Assembly: GCA_963770375.1 (NCBI GenBank)
Contig: CAVYPM010000008.1
Location: 93,999-157,998, forward strand
DNA length: 64,000 bases
Direction: 5' to 3'
Source of the DNA: an uncultured Actinomycetes bacterium
GTDB taxonomy: Bacteria; Actinomycetota; Actinomycetes; Streptosporangiales; Streptosporangiaceae
Positions 10,323-21,005 of this stretch are shown piece by piece. The notes under the pieces were generated by a model, which was given only the letters and a program-made list of their open reading frames with translations, was not told where the DNA came from and made no database searches. The translations under genes were made by a program, and so were the position numbers. The stretch's first letter is position 1. Every line of letters starts with the position of its first letter.

Positions 10323-11384
10323 GTGGAGCGCTTGCCCATCGGCAGGCAGTTCGCAGGCAGTTCACGGGGGAAACGCACCCGTGCCAGGTTTCACCGGGCA
10401 TGGGCCCGGACCGGTTTGGTCACCGGGACGGTTCTGCTGGCCGGGTTCGCCCTGCCAGCCAGCCTGAGCGTCGGCGCCCAGGCGACCACGGCGTCACCAG
10501 TGCCGCCCAGCATGAAGGCGCTCCTGGCCAAGGCCAACAAGGTGGCCCGCCAGGTCGAGGTGCTCAGCAACCAGTACGACGCGCTGAAGATTCAGCTTCA
10601 GGAAGCCAGGACCGAGGCCACGCTGGCCCGCAAGGCCGCCGAGCGCGACGCCAAGCAGCTGACCCAAGGCCAGCTCGCGGTCGGCCAGATCGCCGCCCAG
10701 GGCTACATGACCGGCAGCTTCGACCCGACCCTGCAGCTGCTGCAGAGCAGCGACCCGCAGGGGTTCGTCAACCGGGTCTCGATCATGCTGCAGCTGCAGC
10801 ACGAGAACGGCGACCGGGTCACCGCCGCGACCACCGCGAAGAACGCCGCCGAGCGCGCCGTGCTGACCGCGCAGCAGGAGGAGGCCAAGGCCACCCGGCT
10901 GTCCGCGGCGATGAAGAAGAAGGTCGCCGAGATCCAGGCCAAAGAGAACGTGCTGAACAGCGCGGCCTACAAGAAGGCCGCGGAGATCTTCCAGCAGACC
11001 GGCTCGTACCCCAACGTGCCGACCCCGGAAGGCAACTCGATCGGGGTCCAGGCGCTGCGCTGGGCGCTCAGCCGCCGCGGTGACGCCTACGTATGGGGCG
11101 CCGCCGGCCCGACCACGTTCGACTGCTCGGGCCTGGTCATGTGGGCCTACGCGCACGTGGGGATCAGCCTGGCGCACCTGACCTTCGACCAGTGGAACGA
11201 GGGCGAGCACGTCCCCAGCGCCCAGGCCCAGCCCGGCGACCTGATCTTCCTCTACGGTCTCGAGCACGTCGGCTTGTACATCGGCAACGGGCTGTTCATC
11301 GATGCGCCGTTCACCGGCACGGTCGTGCGGATCGACCCGGTCCCCTGGGGCTCGGTCGACGGCGTGGTCCGCATCATCGGCTGA
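10323..11384 (+). CDS. Secreted NlpC/P60 peptidoglycan endopeptidase with N-terminal coiled coil (RipA-like)
   Basis: Signal peptide, long coiled-coil segment, and a C-terminal NlpC/P60 core with catalytic Cys (FDCSGLVMWAY) and His (HVGLYIGNG). Confidence 0.8.
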   Translation: MERLPIGRQFAGSSRGKRTRARFHRAWARTGLVTGTVLLAGFALPASLSVGAQATTASPVPPSMKALLAKANKVARQVEVLSNQYDALKIQLQEARTEATLARKAAERDAKQLTQGQLAVGQIAAQGYMTGSFDPTLQLLQSSDPQGFVNRVSIMLQLQHENGDRVTAATTAKNAAERAVLTAQQEEAKATRLSAAMKKKVAEIQAKENVLNSAAYKKAAEIFQQTGSYPNVPTPEGNSIGVQALRWALSRRGDAYVWGAAGPTTFDCSGLVMWAYAHVGISLAHLTFDQWNEGEHVPSAQAQPGDLIFLYGLEHVGLYIGNGLFIDAPFTGTVVRIDPVPWGSVDGVVRIIG

Positions 11385-11410
11385 CCCGCCGCACCCGAAC
11401 GCGCAGTTAC

Positions 11411-11449
11411 GAAACGGCCGCCCCGGGCACCATGCCCGGGGCGGCCGTT
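11411..11449. terminator. Perfect 18-bp hairpin between convergent NlpC/P60 and lysS genes
   Basis: aaacggccgccccgggca cca tgcccggggcggccgttt. Confidence 0.6.
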
Positions 11450-11464
11450 TGCGTGAACTCCCGC

Positions 11465-12991
11465 CTACTCCGGCCGCACCAGCGGGAACAGGATCGTCTC
11501 CCGGATGCTCGACCCGGTCAGCATGATCAGCAGCCGGTCCAGCCCCATGCCCATGCCCCCGGTCGGCGGCATGCCGTACTCCAGCGCCCGCAGGAAGTCC
11601 TCGTCCAGCTGCATCGCCTCGGCGTCGCCGCCCGCGGCGAGCAGCGACTGGGCGGTCAGCCGGGCCCGCTCCTCGTCCGGGTCGACCAGTTCGGTGTACG
11701 CGGTCGCGATCTCGGTCCCGAACGCCACCAGGTCCCACTTCTCGGCCAGCCGCGGGTCGTCCCGGTGCGCCCGGGTCAGCGGCGCCACCTCGACCGGGAA
11801 GTCGCAGTAGAACGTCGGCTCCACGGTCTTGCTCTCCACCAGGTGCTCGTACATCTCCAGCAGCACCTGGCCGCGGTTCCACTTCGGGTCCAGGCCGATC
11901 TCCGCGCGGGCGGCCAGCTTGCGCAGCTCGTCCTCGGTGGTGTCCGGGGTGACCTCCTCGCCGAGCGCGGCGGACACCGAGCCGTGCACGGTACGGAACG
12001 GCCACTCACCGCCGATGTCGTACTCGCCGCCGTCGGCCCGGCGGATGACCGTGCCGCCGAAACCGGCCACCGCGGCCGCCTGGATCAGCTCCCTGGTCAG
12101 CGTCGCCATCGTGGTGTAGTCGCCGTACGCCTGGTACAGCTCGAGCATGGTGAACTCGGGGTTGTGCGTGGCGTCGGCGCCCTCGTTGCGGAAGATCCGG
12201 CCGAGCTCGTAGACCTTCTCGATGCCGCCCACGACCAGCCGCTTGAGGTAGAGCTCCAGCGCGATCCGCAGGTACATGGTCAGGTCGCCGTAGGCGTTGA
12301 TGCGGGTGACGAACGGGCGCGCGTTGGCCCCGCCGTGCAGAACCTGCAGCACCGGGGTCTCGACCTCGAGGAACCCGCGCTCGTGCAGTTCCTCGCGAAT
12401 CGCCCTGGTCACCACGCCGCGCAGCTCGGCCATCTGCCGGGTCTGCGGGTTGACCAGCAGGTCCAGGTAGCGCTGCCGCATCCGGGTGGCCGGGTCGGAC
12501 AGGCCGGCGTGCTTCTCCGGCAGCGGCCGCAGCGCCTTGGCGGTGATCAGGAACGAGTCGGCCAGCACCGACAGCTCGCCCCGCCGGGAGGTGATGACCT
12601 CGCCCTCGACCCCGATGTGGTCGCCCAGGTCGACGTCCCGCTTCCAGGCCTCGAGCGCGTCCGCGCCGACCCGGTCCAGCGAGACCATCACCTGCAGGTC
12701 GCCGCTGCCGTCCCGGATCGTGGCGAAGCACAGCTTGCCGCCGGTGCGGTACAGCATGACCCGGCCGGCCACGGCGACCCGGTCGCCGGTGGCGGTGTCC
12801 GGGGCCAGGTCCTGGTAGCGCTCGCGAAGGTCCGCGATGACCGCGGTGCGCTCGAAGCCGGGCGGGTACGGGTCCTTCCCGGCCGCGCGCAGCGCGGCGG
12901 CCTTGGCCCGCCGCACCCGCATCTGCTCGGCAAGACCGCTGGCCGGGCCGGTTTCCCCGCCCGGAGCCGGCGCTGTTTCATCCGCTGTCAT
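11465..12991 (-). CDS. lysS: Lysyl-tRNA synthetase (class II)
   Basis: OB-fold anticodon-binding domain plus class II core with motifs 1-3 (FLEVETPVLQ, GIEKVYELGRIFRNEG, GGMGMGLDRLLI). ATG 12991 (MTADETAPA) is chosen because the ORF start at 13066 would overlap coaX. Confidence 0.9.
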   Translation of the reverse strand: MTADETAPAPGGETGPASGLAEQMRVRRAKAAALRAAGKDPYPPGFERTAVIADLRERYQDLAPDTATGDRVAVAGRVMLYRTGGKLCFATIRDGSGDLQVMVSLDRVGADALEAWKRDVDLGDHIGVEGEVITSRRGELSVLADSFLITAKALRPLPEKHAGLSDPATRMRQRYLDLLVNPQTRQMAELRGVVTRAIREELHERGFLEVETPVLQVLHGGANARPFVTRINAYGDLTMYLRIALELYLKRLVVGGIEKVYELGRIFRNEGADATHNPEFTMLELYQAYGDYTTMATLTRELIQAAAVAGFGGTVIRRADGGEYDIGGEWPFRTVHGSVSAALGEEVTPDTTEDELRKLAARAEIGLDPKWNRGQVLLEMYEHLVESKTVEPTFYCDFPVEVAPLTRAHRDDPRLAEKWDLVAFGTEIATAYTELVDPDEERARLTAQSLLAAGGDAEAMQLDEDFLRALEYGMPPTGGMGMGLDRLLIMLTGSSIRETILFPLVRPE

Positions 12992-13008
12992 TTGCCCGAG
13001 ATTACCGG

Positions 13009-13800
13009 TCAGCCCACGGCGGTGTTGCGCTCGAAGACCAGCCGCAGCCCGATCAGCGTCAGCCACGGCTCGTAGTGGTCGATCAGCGCGACCTCGTTGA
13101 TGACCAGCGGCGCCAGCCCGCCGGTGGCAATGATCGTGACCGAGTCCGGGTCCGCCGGGGCCAGCTCGGCGGCCATCCGCCGGGCGATCCCCTCGACCTG
13201 CCCGGCGAACCCGTAGATGATCCCGGACTGCAGCGACTCGACCGTGTTCTTGCCGATGACCCGGGCCGGGCGGGTCAGCTCCACCTTCAGCAGCTGCGCC
13301 GCCCGGCGCGACAGCGCGTCCACCGAGATCTCGATCCCCGGCGCCAGCGCCCCGCCGACGAACTCGCCCCTCGCGCTCACCGCGTCGAAGTTGGTCGAGG
13401 TGCCGAAATCAACCACCACGGCCGGCCCGCCGTACAGGTGCACCGCGGCCAGCGCGTTCATGATCCGGTCGCTGCCGACTTCCTTCGGGTTGTCGGTCCG
13501 GACCGGGACTCCGGTGCGCACGCCCGGCTCCACGATCACCGCTGGCACGTCGCCGTAGTAGCGGCGCACCATTTCCCGCATCTCGTGGAGGACGGACGGC
13601 ACGGTCGAGCACAGCGCGATGCCGGTCACGAACGGGTCAGCGTCCAGCGTGCTCTGCGCGAGCAGGCCCTGCAGGATCACCGCGTGCTCGTCGGCGGTCC
13701 GGTCCGCGGTGGTGGCCGTCCGCCAGTGCTCGACGACCTGGTCCCCGTCGAACAGGCACAGCACCGTGTTGGTGTTGCCCACGTCAATGGTCAGCAGCAC
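13009..13800 (-). CDS. coaX: Type III pantothenate kinase
   Basis: [17 protein letters not shown] (acetate/sugar-kinase fold N-terminus typical of CoaX); 263 aa; follows panC as in Rv3600c. Confidence 0.85.
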   Translation of the reverse strand: MLLTIDVGNTNTVLCLFDGDQVVEHWRTATTADRTADEHAVILQGLLAQSTLDADPFVTGIALCSTVPSVLHEMREMVRRYYGDVPAVIVEPGVRTGVPVRTDNPKEVGSDRIMNALAAVHLYGGPAVVVDFGTSTNFDAVSARGEFVGGALAPGIEISVDALSRRAAQLLKVELTRPARVIGKNTVESLQSGIIYGFAGQVEGIARRMAAELAPADPDSVTIIATGGLAPLVINEVALIDHYEPWLTLIGLRLVFERNTAVG

Positions 13801-13846
13801 TGCTGGTCCCCTGTTTTAGGTATACGGGATTTGCGGCCCGGGCCAC

Positions 13847-14714
13847 TCAGCCCGGGCCGGTCTGCACCGGCACGTTGTCGATCAGCCGGGTCGCGCCCAC
13901 TTTCACCGCGGCCAGCAGCAGCGCGGCGCCGGCGTGATCCTCGCTCACCGGCTCGAACTGCTCCGGGTCGGCCAGCACCAGGTAGTCGGTGACCAGCGGC
14001 GGCCGGGCCGCCGGCCGCCTCGCCGAGCACCGCCCGTGCGGCCGCCAGCACCGCCGCCGGGCCGGCCTTGGCCTGCTCCTGGCCCGCGCGCAGCGCGGCG
14101 GGCAGGGCCCGCGCGGTGGCCCGCTCGGGCCCGGACAGGTAGGCGTTCCGGCTGGAGACGGCCAGCCCGTCCGGGTCCCTGGCGATGGGCACCGCCGCGA
14201 TCTGCACCGGCAGGCACAGGTCGGTGACCATCCGCCGGACCAGCGCCAGCTGCTGGGCGTCCTTCTCGCCGAACACCGCCGCGTCCGGCCGGGTCAGCTG
14301 GAGCAGCTTGAGCACCACGGTCAGCACGCCGGTGAAGAACCCGGGCCGGGACGCGCCCTCGAGCCGCTGCCCGGCCGGGCCCGGGTCCACCGTGATCTGC
14401 TGCGGCTCGGGGTACATCTGCGCCGGGTCCGGGGTGAACACCAGCGCCGCGCCCTCCTCCGCGCACACCGCCAGGTCGTCGGCCAGCGGCCGCGGGTAGC
14501 GGCCGAAGTCCTCGGCCGGGCCGAACTGGAGCGGGTTCACGAAGATCGACACCAGCACGCTGCCGTCCGGGCCGGCCGCCTCCCGGGCGCAGCGCAGCAG
14601 CGCCCGGTGCCCGTCGTGCAGCGCGCCCATGGTCGGCACGAGCACGACCGGTCCGGGCAGCCCGGCCCGGGCCGCGGCCAGTCCCGTCCGGGTCCTGGCC
14701 ACGATCGGGGTCAC
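13847..14714 (-). CDS. panC: Pantoate-beta-alanine ligase PanC carrying a single-nucleotide frameshift near 13995-14010
   Basis: N-terminal 240 aa ([13 protein letters not shown]...FGEKDAQQ...SSRN) are in the frame of ORF 13791-14714. The conserved C-terminus (...[19 protein letters not shown]...[11 protein letters not shown]) continues in the +1 frame and stops at 13847. The shift sits in the run ggcggcccggccgcc. Confidence 0.8.
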
Positions 14715-15616
14715 CGCGGCGCCCCGCCGAGCACGCCGAGCAGCCGCTGCGCGTCGGCCGGGTCCAGCGAGCCGGCCGCCAGCGCCCGGTCCGCGGTGAG
14801 CCGGGCCAGCGCCAGGTAGGCGGCCACGGTCTCCGGCGCGGCCCGCCGCAGCGCGTCCAGGTGCGCGGCCACGGTACTGGCGTCGCCCCTGGCCACCGGC
14901 CCGGTCAGCGCGCCGTCGCCGAGCCGCAGGGCGTTGTCCAGGGCCGCGAACAGCAGCGGGCTGAGCATCCGGCCGGGGTTCGCCACCCCGGCCCGGGCCA
15001 GCAGGTCCCGGCTCTGCGCGACGAGCGTGACCAGGTGGTTCGCCCCGCTGGCCAGGGCCGCGTGGTACAGATCGCGGTCCTCCTCGGCGATGAGCACCGG
15101 CTCGCCGCCCATCTCCATCACCAGCACCTCGGCGGCGGCCCGCAGCGGCTCGGGCGCGGTCACCCCGAAGCTGATCCCGGCCAGCTTGTCCAGGTCGTCC
15201 GCCCGCCCGGTAAACGTCATCACCGGGTGCAGCGCCAGCGGCAGCGCCCCGCGCCGGGTGGCGGGGTCAAGTACCGCCAGCCCGTGCCGGCCGCTGGCGT
15301 GCACCAGCAGCCGGCCCTCGACCGGGACCCCGGCCGTGACCAGCCCGCTGACCAGCGGCCCGAGCGCGTCGTCGGGCACGGTGAGCAGGGCGAGACTGGC
15401 CTCGGTGACGACCTGATCCGCCGGGCGCACCGGCACCCCGGGCAGCAGCCGCCCGGCCCGCGCTTTCGAGGTCTCAGACACCGCGGCCACCGCCACGACC
15501 TCGTGCCCGGCCCGGCGCAGCGCCGCGGCCAGGACGGTGCCGGCCCGGCCCGCGCCGATCAGCCCGACCCGCAGCCGGGCCGGGTGCGCGGCCTCGGGCT
15601 CCTCGTCAGGTGTCAT
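14711..15616 (-). CDS. Rossmann-fold NAD(P)-binding protein (DUF2520 / F420-oxidoreductase-like; Rv3603c-like)
   Basis: [26 protein letters not shown] is a dinucleotide-binding motif; 301 aa; position matches Rv3603c. Confidence 0.6.
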   Translation of the reverse strand: MTPDEEPEAAHPARLRVGLIGAGRAGTVLAAALRRAGHEVVAVAAVSETSKARAGRLLPGVPVRPADQVVTEASLALLTVPDDALGPLVSGLVTAGVPVEGRLLVHASGRHGLAVLDPATRRGALPLALHPVMTFTGRADDLDKLAGISFGVTAPEPLRAAAEVLVMEMGGEPVLIAEEDRDLYHAALASGANHLVTLVAQSRDLLARAGVANPGRMLSPLLFAALDNALRLGDGALTGPVARGDASTVAAHLDALRRAAPETVAAYLALARLTADRALAAGSLDPADAQRLLGVLGGAPR

Positions 15617-15673
15617 CTCGTTCCCGTTCTCGCCGGTCCGCGGCGGGCGGCATCAGCATAACCGCGGGCCCGG

Positions 15674-16138
15674 TCACGGCTCCGTCTCCGTGGGGTCCTC
15701 CGGCGGTTCCGGGATGCGGCAGGACCGCTCCAGGTAGACCGCGGCGGCGGCCAGCAGCAGAGCGGCGATCAGCGTGACCCCGGCGGTGATCGTGTCCCGC
15801 CGCGGGGCCGGCTTGGCCACGATGCCGCCCAGGTAGCCGAGGAAGCCCGCGGACGCCCCGCCGAAGATCGCCGCGGCCATCGCGCTGGCCTTGGCCAGTA
15901 CCGCCATCCTGGCCATCGCGATCGGGGTTATCCGCCTGCTGGACCGGGGCTGGCCGCGGATCTGCGCCCGCACGTTGCGCCCGCTCCACGCCTCGGCCAG
16001 GGCGAGCAGCAGCAGCGCGGCCGCGGCCGTCCAGGGCAGCGGCGGGAAGTGGGCGTAGCTGAACCGGATCAGCAGCCAGGCCCCGGCGCCGGACACCACC
16101 GCGGCCAGCGCCAGCGGCCAGGGCCGGATCGGGGTCAT
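15674..16138 (-). CDS. Small integral membrane protein (DUF3180-like, Rv3605c position)
   Basis: Four predicted TM helices starting at MTPIRPWPLALAAVV. The internal ATG was chosen because it gives an ATGA overlap with the folK stop; the upstream part of the ORF is Arg/Gly-rich. Confidence 0.5.
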   Translation of the reverse strand: MTPIRPWPLALAAVVSGAGAWLLIRFSYAHFPPLPWTAAAALLLLALAEAWSGRNVRAQIRGQPRSSRRITPIAMARMAVLAKASAMAAAIFGGASAGFLGYLGGIVAKPAPRRDTITAGVTLIAALLLAAAAVYLERSCRIPEPPEDPTETEP

Positions 16139-16683
16139 GACGGCCTCCGCAGTTCGGCCCCGGTCCGGCGCAGCCCGTCCGGCAGCCCGTCCCCGGCCGG
16201 GCTGGCCGGCCCGGCCAGCCCGGCGATCAGGCCCGCGACCGGGCCGTGCCCGGGCAGTTCCGCGGCCGGGTCCACGTCGTGCCACGGCACCAGCACGAAG
16301 GCCCGCTCGTGCGCCCGCGGGTGCGGCAGGGTCAGTTCCGGGTCGTCGCTGACTACTGTGCCGTAGCTGATGATGTCCACGTCCAGCGTGCGCGGGCCCC
16401 AGCGGACCTCTCTGGTCCGCTGCCGGGCCGCCTCCGCGGCGTGCGCCGCGGCCAGCACGCCCGCGGGCGGCAGCGTGGTGCTGGCCAGCAGCACCGCGTT
16501 GAAATAGTCGGGCTGGTCCGGCCCGCCCACCGGGTCGGTCCGGTAGACCGGCGACACCGCGGTGACGCTCAGCCCCGGCACCGCGGCCAGCGTGTCCACC
16601 GCGGCCTGCAGGTGAGCCAGCCGGTCGCCAAGGTTGCTGCCCAGCGCGATGACCACCGCGACCGGGCCGCCGGGATCGGTCAT
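16135..16683 (-). CDS. folK: 2-amino-4-hydroxy-6-hydroxymethyldihydropteridine pyrophosphokinase (HPPK)
   Basis: VAVVIALGSNLGDR...PRTLDVDII...HPRAHERAFVLVPWHDV; ATGA overlap with folB. Confidence 0.85.
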   Translation of the reverse strand: MTDPGGPVAVVIALGSNLGDRLAHLQAAVDTLAAVPGLSVTAVSPVYRTDPVGGPDQPDYFNAVLLASTTLPPAGVLAAAHAAEAARQRTREVRWGPRTLDVDIISYGTVVSDDPELTLPHPRAHERAFVLVPWHDVDPAAELPGHGPVAGLIAGLAGPASPAGDGLPDGLRRTGAELRRPS

Positions 16684-17087
16684 GCCCGGCCCCGGCGGAT
16701 GGTCACGGCCACGTCGTCGAACGGGAACGGGATCGGGGCCTGCGGCTTGTGGACGGTGACCTCCGCTTCGCGCACGGCCGGATCCGCCAGGCAGGCCGCG
16801 GCCAGCCGGCTGGCCAGGGTCTCGATCAGGTCGACCGGCTCCCCGGTCACGATGGCCACCAGCCGGCCCGCCAGCGCGCCGTAGTCGGCCGTCCCAGCCA
16901 GGTCGTCGGCCTCCGCCGCCGCGGTCGTGTCGGTCCACAGCACGGCGTCGATCACGAACTCCTGGCCGTCCCGCCGCTCATGCTCGAACACCCCGTGGTG
17001 GCCGCGGGCCCGCAGCCCGCGCAGCGTGATGCGGTCCCCGGGCACCCCGCCCTGGCCCGCATGCACCGGACCCTGATCCCCGCTCAT
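16680..17087 (-). CDS. folB: Dihydroneopterin aldolase
   Basis: 135 aa. ITLRGLRARGHHGVFEHERRDGQEFVIDAVL; ATGA overlap with folP. Confidence 0.85.
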   Translation of the reverse strand: MSGDQGPVHAGQGGVPGDRITLRGLRARGHHGVFEHERRDGQEFVIDAVLWTDTTAAAEADDLAGTADYGALAGRLVAIVTGEPVDLIETLASRLAAACLADPAVREAEVTVHKPQAPIPFPFDDVAVTIRRGRA

Positions 17088-18067
17088 GCCCAGCCGCCCA
17101 GGCCCGCCGGGACGGCGCCTTCCGGTCCGGGGCCGGTCTGTGCCGCGGCGGCCTGCCGCCAGCGGGCCGCGACCCGGACCGCGTCGGCGCTGGCCGCGGC
17201 GGCATGCACGCGCACGCACCAGGCCCCGGCGGCCGCCGCCAGCGCGGCCACCGCGAGCGAGGCCTCGTCCCGGCCCTCGGCGGGCCGCGGCTGCCCGTCC
17301 GGGTCCGCCAGCAGCTGGCCGAGGAAGCTCTTCCTGGACGCGCCCACCAGCAGCGGGAACCCGGGACCGGCCCGGTTCAGCCGGGAAACCCGGGGCAGGT
17401 CGGCGAGCAGCGCCCAGTTGTGCCCGGCCCGCTTGGCGAACCCGATCCCGGGGTCGATCACGATCCGGGCCGGGTCGATGCCCGCGCCGGCCGCCGCGTC
17501 GGCCTGCTGCGCCAGTTCGGCGCAGACCTCGGCGACCACGTCGGTGTAGCGGGCCAGGTCGCCCATGACCGCGCTGGGCCCGCGCCAGTGCATGATCACG
17601 TACCCGGCCGACGCGGCCCGCACCACCGCGTGCATACCCGGATCGGCCAGGCCGCCGCTGACGTCGTTGACCATGACCGCGCCGGCCGCCAGCGCGGCCG
17701 CGGCCACCTCCGCGCGGGTGGTGTCGATGCTGACCGTCAGCCCGGCCGAGACCAGCGCGGTGACGACCGGGCCAACCCGGCGCAGTTCCTCGGCCCCGGT
17801 GACCCGGCCCGCGCCGGGCCGGGTGGACTCCCCGCCGACGTCGATGATGTCGGCGCCCTCGGCGGCCAGCGCAAGCCCGTGCGCTACCGCGGCGTCGGGG
17901 TCCAGCCACCGGCCGCCGTCAGAGAACGAGTCCGGGGTGACGTTGACCACGCCCATGACCAGGCAGCGATCCAGCGCGGGGCGCCCGCCCAGGCCGGGCG
18001 GGCCAGGCCAGGCGGGCGGTGTGCCCTCGTGGCCCGTGGTGCCGGTGGTGCCTGTCATAGAGGCCAA
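17084..18067 (-). CDS. folP: Dihydropteroate synthase
   Basis: VMGVVNVTPDSFSDGG...DVGGESTRPGA...DPGIGFAK aligns with M. tuberculosis FolP1. The true start may be ~30 codons inside the ORF. Confidence 0.85.
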   Translation of the reverse strand: MASMTGTTGTTGHEGTPPAWPGPPGLGGRPALDRCLVMGVVNVTPDSFSDGGRWLDPDAAVAHGLALAAEGADIIDVGGESTRPGAGRVTGAEELRRVGPVVTALVSAGLTVSIDTTRAEVAAAALAAGAVMVNDVSGGLADPGMHAVVRAASAGYVIMHWRGPSAVMGDLARYTDVVAEVCAELAQQADAAAGAGIDPARIVIDPGIGFAKRAGHNWALLADLPRVSRLNRAGPGFPLLVGASRKSFLGQLLADPDGQPRPAEGRDEASLAVAALAAAAGAWCVRVHAAAASADAVRVAARWRQAAAAQTGPGPEGAVPAGLGGWA

Positions 18068-20226
18068 TCTATGGCAGTGCTTGCTGGCTCGCGCAGGGCC
18101 GCTGGAGAGGCGCTACCTTCCCGGCGCACCCGCGGCGCTCCGTCGTCGCGCGGTGATCGTCGGGAAACAGCGCGGCGGCACGGCTCGTCTGCCGGCACGT
18201 CAGGCCCGCCCCTGCAGGATGGTCCGGCGCTCGGTTCCATCTCGGCGGAGATCTCGGCGACACCCCGGCGGGCCTCGGCGTCCCCGGACGCGGCGGCCGG
18301 GCGGGCGGCCATCATCGTGCGCAGCACCCGGCCGCGGCGCAGCCGTCCCAGGCCCGCCTTGCGGGTCAGCCGCCGGACCTCGATCCGCGGCCAGACCAGG
18401 AACGCCTCGGCCTCCAGTGCCGCCAGCCCGATCCGCGGCGTGTAGCCGGTGCCGGGGAAGACCATGAACCGGGGGATCCAGTCCGGCTGGAACTTCGCGT
18501 TGAACTTGTACAGCGACTCGATCTGGAACCAGCGGGACATGAACAGCAGGATTCCCCGCCAGGCGCGCAGCACCGGGCCGGCCCCGATCCGCTCGCCGCG
18601 CTCCAGCGCGGACCGGAACGCCGCGAAGTTCAGCGAGATCCGCCGGACGCCGAGGTCCGGGGCGTTCTTGATGGCCTCCACGATGAGGAAGTCGTTCACG
18701 CCGGCGGCCGCGGACTTGTCCCGCCGCATCAGGTCGAGCGAGAGGCCGTCCTTGCCCCACGGCACGAAGTGCTGGATGGCCCGCAGCTCGCCGTTCTCCA
18801 TCGCGGTGGCCACCACGCAGCGCTCGTCGCCGACCCCGCCGATCCGGCCCAGGGCCATCGAGAAGCCCCGCTCGGTCGAGCCGCCCCGCCACGAGTCGGC
18901 CAGCTCGGCCAGCGCCCGCAGCTCCTCCCGGCTCAGGTCGCCGGTGCGGCGGAACTCGGCGGTGTAGCCGTTCCTGGCCACCCGGGTGACCATCTGCCGG
19001 ACGTTGCGCATGGCCCGGCCCTCCAGCGAGAAACCGTCCACGTTCACGATGGCCTCGTCGCCGAGCTCGAGTGCGGCCAGCCCGCCCTCGCGGCACCACA
19101 CCTCGGCGCCCAGCTCGCCGCAGCCGACCACGGCGGGCACCCAGGCGTGCCGGGCCGCCTCGTCCAGGAACGCGTGGATGGCCCCGGGCCACGCCTCCGG
19201 GTCGCCGATCGGGTCCCCGGCGGCCAGCATCACCCCGGACAGCACCCGGTAGCCGATGCAGGATTTGCCGGTCGGCGACCAGATCGCGCTCTTGTCGTGG
19301 CGCAGCGCGAAGTAGCCGAGCGAGTCCTGCGCGCCGTGCCGGTCAAGCAGCTTCCTGATCTTGTCCGCGTCGGCCGGGCTGTGGCGGCCGGCCGGCGCGG
19401 CCGGGCGCAGGAACAGGTAGGCCGCCACCACCAGCGTGAAGATGCCCAGCGCGCTGGTCAGGAAGTTGAACAGGTCACCGTGGCCCTCCGGGCCGAACTG
19501 CACCGGGCCGGAGATGCCGACCAGGCCCCAGATCACCGACTGACCCCGCTCCAGCAGCGAGTAGTCCTCCTCCAGGCCGCGGCTCAGCATGATGAAGGTC
19601 AGGCCGATGACCAGGTCGGCGAGGATCAGCCAGCCCAGCGCGGTCAGCGCCCGCCACTGGCTGCGCGGGTCGCCGACCGCGTAGAACTCACGGCGGAACA
19701 CCAGCAGTACGCAGAGCAGGACGAAGGTCGCCGCGGCCTGGCCGACCCGCGGGAAGTGGGTGGCGTGCAGCACCGTGCTGCACGCCAGCAGCACGACCGT
19801 GGCCTGGAAGGCCCGCCGCTTGCGCCGCCGCAGCCCGTCCGACAGCAGAACCAGCAGCAGGCCGGTGATGACGTCGGCGGTCCTGGTCAGGTTGACCAGC
19901 GTGCCGGGGGCCAGGTAGCCGACCCGGTGCAGCCGGTAGTGCGCGTAGAAGCCGGGGTTGGCCCCCTCGATGATCGTGACCAGGCCGATCAGCAGCAGGA
20001 TCCACCGCGCGGCCGCGGGCACCCAGCGGCGCTGGCGCCGCCGCTCCGCGGGCCGCCCGCCGCCGGGCTTGCCGTCCGCGCCGCCCCCCTTCGCGGCCTT
20101 GTCCTTGGGCGCCGGCTGGGCAGGCGAAGGCGCCCGCTTGCCGCCCTGGGCCGTATCACCAGGGGCAGCCTGACGGGCTTCACCGCGCTCAGTCATCTCA
20201 GACATTCTGGTCGGGCCCTCGATCAC
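18055..20226 (-). CDS. MprF/LysX-like membrane protein: multi-TM flippase-like domain plus DUF2156 aminoacyl-phosphatidylglycerol synthase domain, with no fused LysRS
   Basis: About eight TM helices followed by GFSMALGRIGG...DFLIVEAIKNAPDLGVRRISLNFAAFRS...FQIESLYKFNAKFQPDWIPRFMVFPG (DUF2156). The ORF ends at the folP start, so no tRNA-synthetase domain follows. Confidence 0.7.
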   Translation of the reverse strand: MIEGPTRMSEMTERGEARQAAPGDTAQGGKRAPSPAQPAPKDKAAKGGGADGKPGGGRPAERRRQRRWVPAAARWILLLIGLVTIIEGANPGFYAHYRLHRVGYLAPGTLVNLTRTADVITGLLLVLLSDGLRRRKRRAFQATVVLLACSTVLHATHFPRVGQAAATFVLLCVLLVFRREFYAVGDPRSQWRALTALGWLILADLVIGLTFIMLSRGLEEDYSLLERGQSVIWGLVGISGPVQFGPEGHGDLFNFLTSALGIFTLVVAAYLFLRPAAPAGRHSPADADKIRKLLDRHGAQDSLGYFALRHDKSAIWSPTGKSCIGYRVLSGVMLAAGDPIGDPEAWPGAIHAFLDEAARHAWVPAVVGCGELGAEVWCREGGLAALELGDEAIVNVDGFSLEGRAMRNVRQMVTRVARNGYTAEFRRTGDLSREELRALAELADSWRGGSTERGFSMALGRIGGVGDERCVVATAMENGELRAIQHFVPWGKDGLSLDLMRRDKSAAAGVNDFLIVEAIKNAPDLGVRRISLNFAAFRSALERGERIGAGPVLRAWRGILLFMSRWFQIESLYKFNAKFQPDWIPRFMVFPGTGYTPRIGLAALEAEAFLVWPRIEVRRLTRKAGLGRLRRGRVLRTMMAARPAAASGDAEARRGVAEISAEMEPSAGPSCRGGPDVPADEPCRRAVSRRSPRDDGAPRVRREGSASPAALREPASTAIDWPL

Positions 20227-20339
20227 GGGGGATCAGCGTAGTCATCAGCAGAATTACCCGCGGGCAAACCTGGCAATGCCCACGCAATGGTGGCCGGCTA
20301 CCCGCCAGGGGCCCATGGCCGATTCGGCGCGGCCCGGCG

Positions 20340-21005
20340 TCAGGCGCCGGGGCGGCCCACGATCAGGCTCATTGCTTCGGCCCGGGTCACCGTGCTGTCC
20401 CTGAAGATGCCCCGCACCGCGGACGTGACGGTCTTCGCCCCCGGCTTGCGGACACCCCGCATGGCCATGCACAGGTGCTCGGCCTCGATAACGACAATAA
20501 CGCCGGTGGGGTCAAGAACGTTCATCAGCGCATCGGCAATCTGGCTGGTCATCCGTTCCTGGACCTGAGGCCGCCGGGCGTAGAGATCGACAAGCCGGGC
20601 CAGCTTGGACAGACCGGTGATCTGGCCGCGCGCGTTCGGGATGTAGCCGACGTGCGCCGTGCCGAAGAACGGGATCAGATGGTGCTCGCAGGTGGAGTAC
20701 ACCTCGATGTCCCGCACGAGCACCATCTCGTCGTGGTCAGCGTCGAAAACGGTGGTCAGCACGCTTTCCGGGCGCTGGCCGAGCCCGGCGAACTGCTCCG
20801 CGTAGGCCCGGGCCACCCGGGCCGGCGTGTCCCGCAGGCCGTCGCGCTCCGGGTCCTCGCCGATCGCGGCCAGGATCTCCCTGATGGCCCGCTCGATCCG
20901 CGGCTGGTCGACCGCGGCCGCGGGCCGCCGGGTTCCGGCCAGGGCCGGTGGCCCGTCGGCCCCGTCGGCCGCCGCGGCCGCGGGCCGTCCCGCGTCAGAC
21001 GTCAA
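20340..21005 (-). CDS. folE: GTP cyclohydrolase I
   Basis: [29 protein letters not shown]; overlaps ftsH by 4 nt. Confidence 0.9.
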   Translation of the reverse strand: MTSDAGRPAAAAADGADGPPALAGTRRPAAAVDQPRIERAIREILAAIGEDPERDGLRDTPARVARAYAEQFAGLGQRPESVLTTVFDADHDEMVLVRDIEVYSTCEHHLIPFFGTAHVGYIPNARGQITGLSKLARLVDLYARRPQVQERMTSQIADALMNVLDPTGVIVVIEAEHLCMAMRGVRKPGAKTVTSAVRGIFRDSTVTRAEAMSLIVGRPGA

